Assembly (NCBI GenBank): GCA_002794465.1
Contig: MTSL01000149.1
Coordinates: 62,244 to 85,639 of the forward strand
DNA: 23,396 nt
Source: Paramicrosporidium saccamoebae KSL3
Taxonomy: Eukaryota; Fungi; Cryptomycota
Direction: 5' to 3'
Below the pieces are notes generated by a model. The model saw nothing but the letters and a program-made list of their open reading frames with translations. It ran no database searches and was not told the origin of the DNA. Shown piece by piece: positions 17,649 through 23,396 of this stretch (positions are counted from its first letter, which is position 1; each line of letters opens with the position of its first letter). The position numbers and the translations under genes were made by a program.

Positions 17649-18169
17649 TTATGGATTGTTTTCGTCAAAAGCTTGTTTATATGCTTGCTGGATCTGCGAT
17701 ACAAAGGATTGCAAGTTCTGTTCAATGGTTGCTACAGTCATTATAAAGATTGTTAGAGAGTACCCGCTTGCAAGCTGACTCTTCGTACCTCTGATAATTG
17801 CTTTTCAAAGTCGCGCAAACTGTCCATTTGTACCTGATACATAGTCTTGGAAAAGTCTGCAACCATTGCATCCAGCGCATCATAAATCCCATCCACAATT
17901 TCTTTAAACTCTTGACACAACTCGGATTGCAGTTTTTGACACTTGTCACGGAACTGCTGCTCACTAAAACCGATGCGTGACTTGACTATCGACATTTCAT
18001 GCAGAATATGTTTTGATCCTCCGACGTTGCTATTGGATTCCCACTGGTCTCGCTTCTCAACTGGCGCCAGTGCCATATCCAACTCATTTGTATCAATAAT
18101 CTCGTCAATAAACGGCGCAAACTGCGAGTCGTAAGTATTCTCCCGAGAATCCTGATACGCACCAGTCAT
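17649..18169 (-). CDS. Hypothetical coiled-coil protein; exons 18169-17764, 17731-17649
   Basis: ORF with a heptad-like helical C-terminal half. The 32-nt intron 17732-17763 (GTACTC..CTAAC..TAG) continues it as AATIEQNLQSFVSQIQQAYKQAFDENNP*. No family recognised; the start is uncertain. Confidence 0.6.
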
Positions 18170-18569
18170 CCGAAAACAGCATGACAATAGCTTTTTCCTT
18201 TCATTGGATCTGCGCGTGGATTGGCAGATTGGTTCTTTTTAAACCAAAGTGAGGCGTGTAGTGATATGATGGTAGTGTATTAGTGTTTTAACAACTTGAC
18301 CTTGAGAGCAAAAAAGCAAATCATCTCCAGCCCAACAAAGAGAGTTGTACTCGTGGGGATCCTCTCCACCTTGCGGCAATGTATAGGATTTTCGATAAAG
18401 TACACCTTTTTAATCAGCATTTTAAATTGTTAAAGCACTAAAGCTCTAAGCCAAGTGGCCAGTCACTAGGTGGCAACACGCGACGAACAACACACAACAA
18501 TCAGGCTTCCACCTTCATAGACTTCTCCGACTGGTCACAAGTGGACGTTTGCCAGGGTATAGAACGAAG

Positions 18570-19679
18570 ATGACCAAGTCGATACTTGCCCAGCAACTTT
18601 GCGAGATCCAGCAGGAGGACCGTATTGTACGTGGTGTCCCTGCAGGCAAGACCTACCGTCCGTCGTTCCTGTTTGACGAGAAGGCGGCTGCAGATTATGA
18701 TGACGAGGCGATATACGCAGTGGCGATCGAGGGCTTCCAGACCCTCTTGAAGGAAGACCTTTCGCTCCGGGAGTATGAGGAAAAATTCTTCTCCCAGGCC
18801 AGTCTGGCGGTAGACTTGTCCCTCATGACACGCAGCGAACGTAGTGCACTGAACAAAGAAGTCGGTGCCCTGCTCATGAGACTATCGGCGCATTTCATGA
18901 GGAATGAGGCACATCGTGCTCTGGAGTGGATGGTCCGAAAGTGGCGAGTCAATGAAGTGTTTGTTGATGAGCTGCTTGTCAGTATCCTTCCATACCACGA
19001 TACACTGCCGTTTGTTCGTATGGTTCAGATTGTCTTTTTCGCAGATGCCAGTCGGTGGTCTTTTTTGTTTGAAAGGGTAAAACAGTCCGGGTTGCCCCTC
19101 TCCAGGACCCTGCTAGCGCAACGCTGCACCGTAGACTCTACGATCCTGACACAGGTTCTGCGTGGCTTTGCCGATATTCGCTTCCACATGACTAGGGATC
19201 CGGACTACAAGTTTGGCAGCAAGTATATAAGCTTTGTGACATATCTGTTGCTAGAGACTATGTCGTTGGTCGATCGTCTAGACGAGCAAGAAGCTATTCG
19301 TTTCTACCAGAGGATCGAGGTGATGATCAAGTCTGAACATTGTCCAGAGGGCTTGGTGGGGGCAATGATAATCTTCATGTCACTCTGTGAAAAGGCGCCG
19401 CTTTCTGATTCCGCGCTGGAATTTTTCATCCGGAAAATCATCAAGTTTTCCAAGCCGTCGATTGAGCGGAATGTAATCCTCACTGTCATGCAAACTGTGG
19501 AAGCAGGATTCTTGGAAAAAATTGCCCCCGAGATGGCCATTTCCCTATGCAGAATGCGGCCGTTTGCCGAAATAATGACACAAGAGTCCCCTGTAAGATT
19601 CTCCAAAGTCCTAAGCGAATCACTGAACGCTTCTGGTGAGCCTGAAGCTGCCATATACCTTAAAAGTCTTGCTCCATAA
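18570..19679 (+). CDS. UTP10: U3 snoRNA-associated protein 10 (UTP10/HEATR1), N-terminal part only (~369 aa)
   Basis: MTKSILAQQL, PSFLFDEKAAA, ALEWMVRKW.VN and ILPYHDT..FVRMVQI match the UTP10/HEATR1 N-terminus. ATG is 18570; the ORF-track start 18549 is TTG. Confidence 0.85.
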   Translation: MTKSILAQQLCEIQQEDRIVRGVPAGKTYRPSFLFDEKAAADYDDEAIYAVAIEGFQTLLKEDLSLREYEEKFFSQASLAVDLSLMTRSERSALNKEVGALLMRLSAHFMRNEAHRALEWMVRKWRVNEVFVDELLVSILPYHDTLPFVRMVQIVFFADASRWSFLFERVKQSGLPLSRTLLAQRCTVDSTILTQVLRGFADIRFHMTRDPDYKFGSKYISFVTYLLLETMSLVDRLDEQEAIRFYQRIEVMIKSEHCPEGLVGAMIIFMSLCEKAPLSDSALEFFIRKIIKFSKPSIERNVILTVMQTVEAGFLEKIAPEMAISLCRMRPFAEIMTQESPVRFSKVLSESLNASGEPEAAIYLKSLAP

Positions 19680-19713
19680 ACAAAAATGAATAAATAGTTA
19701 ATTAACGGACCGC

Positions 19714-20557
19714 ATGTTAGAGCCACGACGGAAACTAAGTTGTTTTGCTTCAACTGTGGCGTCGCTCTTCTTCCTCGCCAATGTTGCCATCCTCGTAAGC
19801 GTCCAGAAATTTAACGATAATGGTAGTCATGCGGGGCCATGTTTGGAGGATTGGCGGCGTATTTTTGGCTCCGCGAGGAGACGCCAGTTGCACTGGGTAT
19901 GCAGGACGTACGGTTAATTGTGGCCATTTGTGGAGCGGCTATGGCAGTGGCATCGTTGATTGGGATGTTTGCTACGGCCGAGGATAGCCGGGTGCTAGCC
20001 AGACTTTACACAATAGTGATAGTGGGGTTAATGGTACTACAGGGCTTTATCTCTGTGTACTTTGTGTTGTTCATGCCATATGGGGAGAGACTGGGAGCTG
20101 CCTTTAATGCCCTGACCCCAGAGGCCCGTCATGCGATGGAAGTGCGCGTACTAGGAGATGGGCTGACAGTTTACTTTGTAGATGATCTGTTGTGGTTATG
20201 AATTCGTCTCACAGAGTCCCAACTGCATCGTCAGCAAAACGGTGAGCTGTGACAAGCCTCTGCATAATGCGCAAGAACCCGTTGTCAAGCTTTTGGTCTT
20301 GTCACATGTTGTGTTTCTAGTCATTGAGGTAGAGCCATCCCTCATACTAACTGTAGGTTGTGTGTCTGATTCTGGCGCAATATCTGTACAGCCAATACAA
20401 AAAGCTCAAGAGCTTGCGCAACCCATCGTCGCCAGTAACATCGCTCAATGTGCATCAGACAAAGGACATGCCGTCACGACACGTCCTCCCGGCCAGTTTC
20501 CGTGCCAACCCGCCGCCATCCAATGTTGCCAGTCCGCTACGAGAAACAACAAAATAA
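19714..20557 (+). CDS. Tetraspanin; exons 19714-19794, 19827-20141, 20182-20328, 20357-20557
   Basis: Four hydrophobic segments and a large loop carrying CCG plus two further Cys. Introns 19795-19826 (32 nt), 20142-20181 (40 nt) and 20329-20356 (28 nt, with TACTAAC) stitch four ORF-track fragments in frame. Confidence 0.82.
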
Positions 20558-20585
20558 ATATGTATCTATTTTTGGTTGTTATGTC

Positions 20586-22025
20586 ATGCCGTGGTGGTGG
20601 CGGAGTAGTCGAAGTGGGTCAAAGGAACGCCCAAGCACTTTTTCAGCGTCCAAGAATGGTTCGCTGATATCCAGGAATGCCTCAGTGACGTCCAGGAACG
20701 CCTCTTTGACTTCAAAGAACGTCTCGGCATCATCCTCGGTGCAGACATCCCCGACAATGAGGACGGTGTCTGAGGAACAACAGACGGAACGGAAATTGAC
20801 GACAGTTCATATTGAACGAAGACCCAATACCACGGCGGGGCTGCACGTTCCGGTTCCACTGGAGAGACTACTTTGGCGCATAGAGGGACCCTCCTGGGTT
20901 ACTGAGACGCGCACCTTTTACCTGTTGACGACGAATGGCGAATTTGTTTTTTTGCAATTGGCATACACATGTTCGGGATGGCCGGTGCAGTCGAGCTGTC
21001 AAGTTACAGCGCGGTATTTTGACCCACGTCATCCGAAAGATGCGGTGGATGGGCGATGGAAGACGAGTTTGCCGCTGCGGAAGGGAAGAGGGCGGAAGGA
21101 TCCGAAACGAGGCGCTGACCATCACGTGGTCGAATGCACTAATCATGCGGCCAGTCGAATGCGGCTTTCTGAGGATCATACGGGAATAATGGTCAATGAG
21201 TCGGGTGTGCATCTGGTCGGCCCCAATAGAGCCAGCAGTCAACAGGTAATGGATGCAGAGAAGAATAATCAACATGACCGTAACGGAGTACGTGGTTACT
21301 ACCGGGGAGCACTGTTAGGAATTGATTTTGTCTTTGAGCCAATGTGTGAAGGCGCCTCGTTTGGGGATGGGAATATTTCATTTGGAGTAGATGGAGGAGA
21401 CGGGACGATCAACATGAAATTCCTTCCATGCGGTGTAGCTCGGGGCACTGTGACGGTGGATTCGGTGCCAAAGCCGCTCAGTGCACATGGGATCATGTTG
21501 CATCAGTTCCAAGGGGTCCGTCCTAATCTGGTGGCATCTCATTGGCATCTGGGAGTGTTTGTATCAGATGCAGACGCGGCGGGGGAGACGACTTCCACAT
21601 TTATGATTCAAATAAGTACCCCAGGGACATATGGCAGTGCCACGGTGAATTATGGCGGATTATATGGCGACGGGAGGCTGTTGGCACTTTGTCGGGGCGG
21701 ACAAATTATCCACACCCGTCCCGACCGCGACTCACGTTCGGGATATTACATTCCTGCCACAGTAACGCTTGAGTGGAATGGAACTACTATTGATGGGGAC
21801 GCCTTTCGTGCCACTGCTGCCATCCAGCCGCAGGTGCTATGCGAACGTATGAATCTGCTGGATCAGTTGCCGTTTGTGATGCGCAAAATTGTAGAGACCT
21901 TTGTAACCCGTCCATATGTGTACCAATGGGTGGATCGAGCCGAACTGACCATAGCGATGCGTGGAAACAAAGATTCCATCCGGGGATGGATGATGACTGA
22001 AATGTCCTTTCTTGGGGACGACTAA
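20586..22025 (+). CDS. SVF1: Survival factor 1 (Svf1) family protein
   Basis: FYLLTTNGEFVFLQLAY, HQFQGVRPNLVASHW, TPGTYGS..VNYG and ERMNLLDQLPFVMRKIV...TRPYVYQW match Svf1. The first ATG downstream of the tetraspanin stop in this frame is 20586. Confidence 0.78.
   Translation: MPWWWRSSRSGSKERPSTFSASKNGSLISRNASVTSRNASLTSKNVSASSSVQTSPTMRTVSEEQQTERKLTTVHIERRPNTTAGLHVPVPLERLLWRIEGPSWVTETRTFYLLTTNGEFVFLQLAYTCSGWPVQSSCQVTARYFDPRHPKDAVDGRWKTSLPLRKGRGRKDPKRGADHHVVECTNHAASRMRLSEDHTGIMVNESGVHLVGPNRASSQQVMDAEKNNQHDRNGVRGYYRGALLGIDFVFEPMCEGASFGDGNISFGVDGGDGTINMKFLPCGVARGTVTVDSVPKPLSAHGIMLHQFQGVRPNLVASHWHLGVFVSDADAAGETTSTFMIQISTPGTYGSATVNYGGLYGDGRLLALCRGGQIIHTRPDRDSRSGYYIPATVTLEWNGTTIDGDAFRATAAIQPQVLCERMNLLDQLPFVMRKIVETFVTRPYVYQWVDRAELTIAMRGNKDSIRGWMMTEMSFLGDD
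20649..20732 (+). repeat. Coding 21-nt (7-aa) repeat x4 in the SVF1 N-terminal extension
   Basis: SKNGSLI / SRNASVT / SRNASLT / SKNVSAS. Confidence 0.8.
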
Positions 22026-22110
22026 CCAGGAGTAGTGCAGATACATTTTATTTAGACATTTCAAAACCATCACGAGGGTGAGGAGCAAGAGTTCTGCCTG
22101 TACAGTGCGC

Positions 22111-23351
22111 TTATTGGATGACGGCATAGAGAGCTTGCTTCAGATCGGAAATCAAATCTTCAGCATCTTCAATACCCACGGATAAACGGATAAAGCCATC
22201 AGTGATTCCCAGTTCTGCACGTTCTTCAGCAGCTACGGCCCCATGAGTCATTACTGCGGGTACATCCACCAGGCTTTCTACTCCACCGAGACTCTCTGCC
22301 AACGTAAACACTTTACATGCCGCAGAGAACTTGCACACTGCCGCCAGACCGCCACGGATTCGAAACGAGACAATACCGCCATGACCCGAGGCCTGTCGCA
22401 CCGAGATGGCATGGGATGGATGTGATGGCAGGCCGGGGTAATAGACCTGTTCCACGGCAGAGTGAGTGGATAGGAAGGTGGCAACTTTCATGGCGTTGGC
22501 GCAGTGACGGTCCATGCGCACGTGCAAAGTACGAAGTCCCCGCATTGTCAAGTAGCAGTCAAAGGGTGATGGTACGGCTCCGATTGCATTTTGCAGGAAC
22601 ACAAGTCGTTCATAAAGTGCATCATCCTTAGTCGCCATCAAACCCATAATAACATCGCAATGACCGTTGAGATACTTGGAGGCTGAATGTGTGACAATAT
22701 CTGCACCCAAAGTCAATGGTCTTTGGAGATATGGGGTCATAAAGGTGTTGTCAGTTACTACGAGAATGTCCTCCCGGATGGAGTGCGCTAATTGGCTGAC
22801 TGCTGCGATGTCCACCACTGCCAGTGTGGGGTTGGTGGGAGTCTCAATCCACACCATTCTTGTGTTTGGCTTGAATAGTGCACGTAGATCCTCAGGTTTG
22901 CTCATGGCTGTGAAGGTGCATTCCACACCACGGGTGCCCATCACCTTGGACAGATATCGTTTAGTGCCTCCATATACATCGTTTACTGAGAGCACGTGAG
23001 CTCCTGGCTCCAACAGTCCGCAGATGGTGGACGTTGCTGCCGACCCCGATGCAAACGCCAAGCCGTGGACACCGTCCTCCAGTTTGGCTATCGCATTTTC
23101 TAGCAGCTTGCGTGTCGGGTTGGAGCTGCGCGAATATTCAAACTCCTACGAACAGGTAAACAACACATGGCACCTGAACATACCGATATGGGTACGCCGG
23201 GAGAACGTTGGGCAAAGGTCGTGGATAGGGAGATGGACGGTACGACCGCGCCGGTAGCCGCGTCGCTGCTGTGGTCCAAGTGTACTGCAAGCGTGCCTAT
23301 TCCTTTGGTTGGCTGCATCGGCCTGGGCTCCCAGCCCCAAAGCCAACTCAT
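22111..23351 (-). CDS. CYS3: Cystathionine gamma-lyase (PLP-dependent, Cys/Met metabolism family); exons 23351-23184, 23145-22111
   Basis: TLAVH, GAVVPSISLSTTF, FEYSRSSNPTR, AFASGSAA, DVYGGT, WIETPTNP, DNTFMTP, PLP-lysine motif HSASKYLNGHCD and LAESLGGVESL. Intron 23146-23183 (38 nt). Alternative ATG at 23318. Confidence 0.95.
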
Positions 23352-23396
23352 TTATATTTGCGGGATTTGCGGAGTCTGTGGGAAACAATGTTTTTT

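Noticed and set aside
19646-19700. Intron rescuing a longer UTP10
   Set aside because: The only candidate has a GTCTTG donor unlike the local GTA consensus, still hits a stop two codons later, and the next gene starts at 19714.
1-23396. tRNA, rRNA, transposon or viral genes
   Set aside because: No cloverleaf with T-loop context, rRNA-like tract, transposase/RT/integrase motif or terminal repeats were recognised by eye. A tRNAscan-SE or Infernal run would be needed to exclude small RNAs in the 300-400-nt gaps.

Overview
Eukaryotic, extremely gene-dense nuclear DNA, not bacterial or viral. I support about 20 protein-coding genes. Many are split by tiny (28-40 nt) GT..AG introns, which explains why the ORF track is fragmented; several ORF-track starts are TTG/GTG rather than the true ATG. 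Gene order: ADA3 (5'-partial, +), RasGEF (-), ZZZ3-like (+), OXR1/TLDc (-), TAF12 (-), Yip1-family (+), MAU2/Scc4-like (-), MIX23 (+), ZNF277 (+), CBS-domain (-), centromeric histone CenH3 (+), NDUFB8 (-), mitochondrial bL31 (+), TM-SMP-C2-GRAM-like (-), secreted LPMO-fold-like/Thr-rich protein (-), orphan coiled-coil (-), short UTP10 (+), tetraspanin (+), SVF1 (+), cystathionine gamma-lyase (-). Fungal-type genes, ~30-nt introns, gaps down to 26 nt and a retained complex I subunit suggest a Rozellomycota/early microsporidian relative such as Paramicrosporidium (inference only). The most unexpected signal is that five of the seven convergent (tail-to-tail) gaps contain tandem duplications, most with a unit that includes a neighbouring stop codon, while several divergent gaps are only 26-69 nt. 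Other highlights: all 19 inferred introns end in TAG, an LPMO-like protein lacks its histidine brace, an SMP protein carries a GRAM-like C-terminus, and UTP10 is reduced to its N-terminal ~370 aa. No tRNA, rRNA, CRISPR array or transposon was recognised. All family calls are by recalled motif similarity, not database search.
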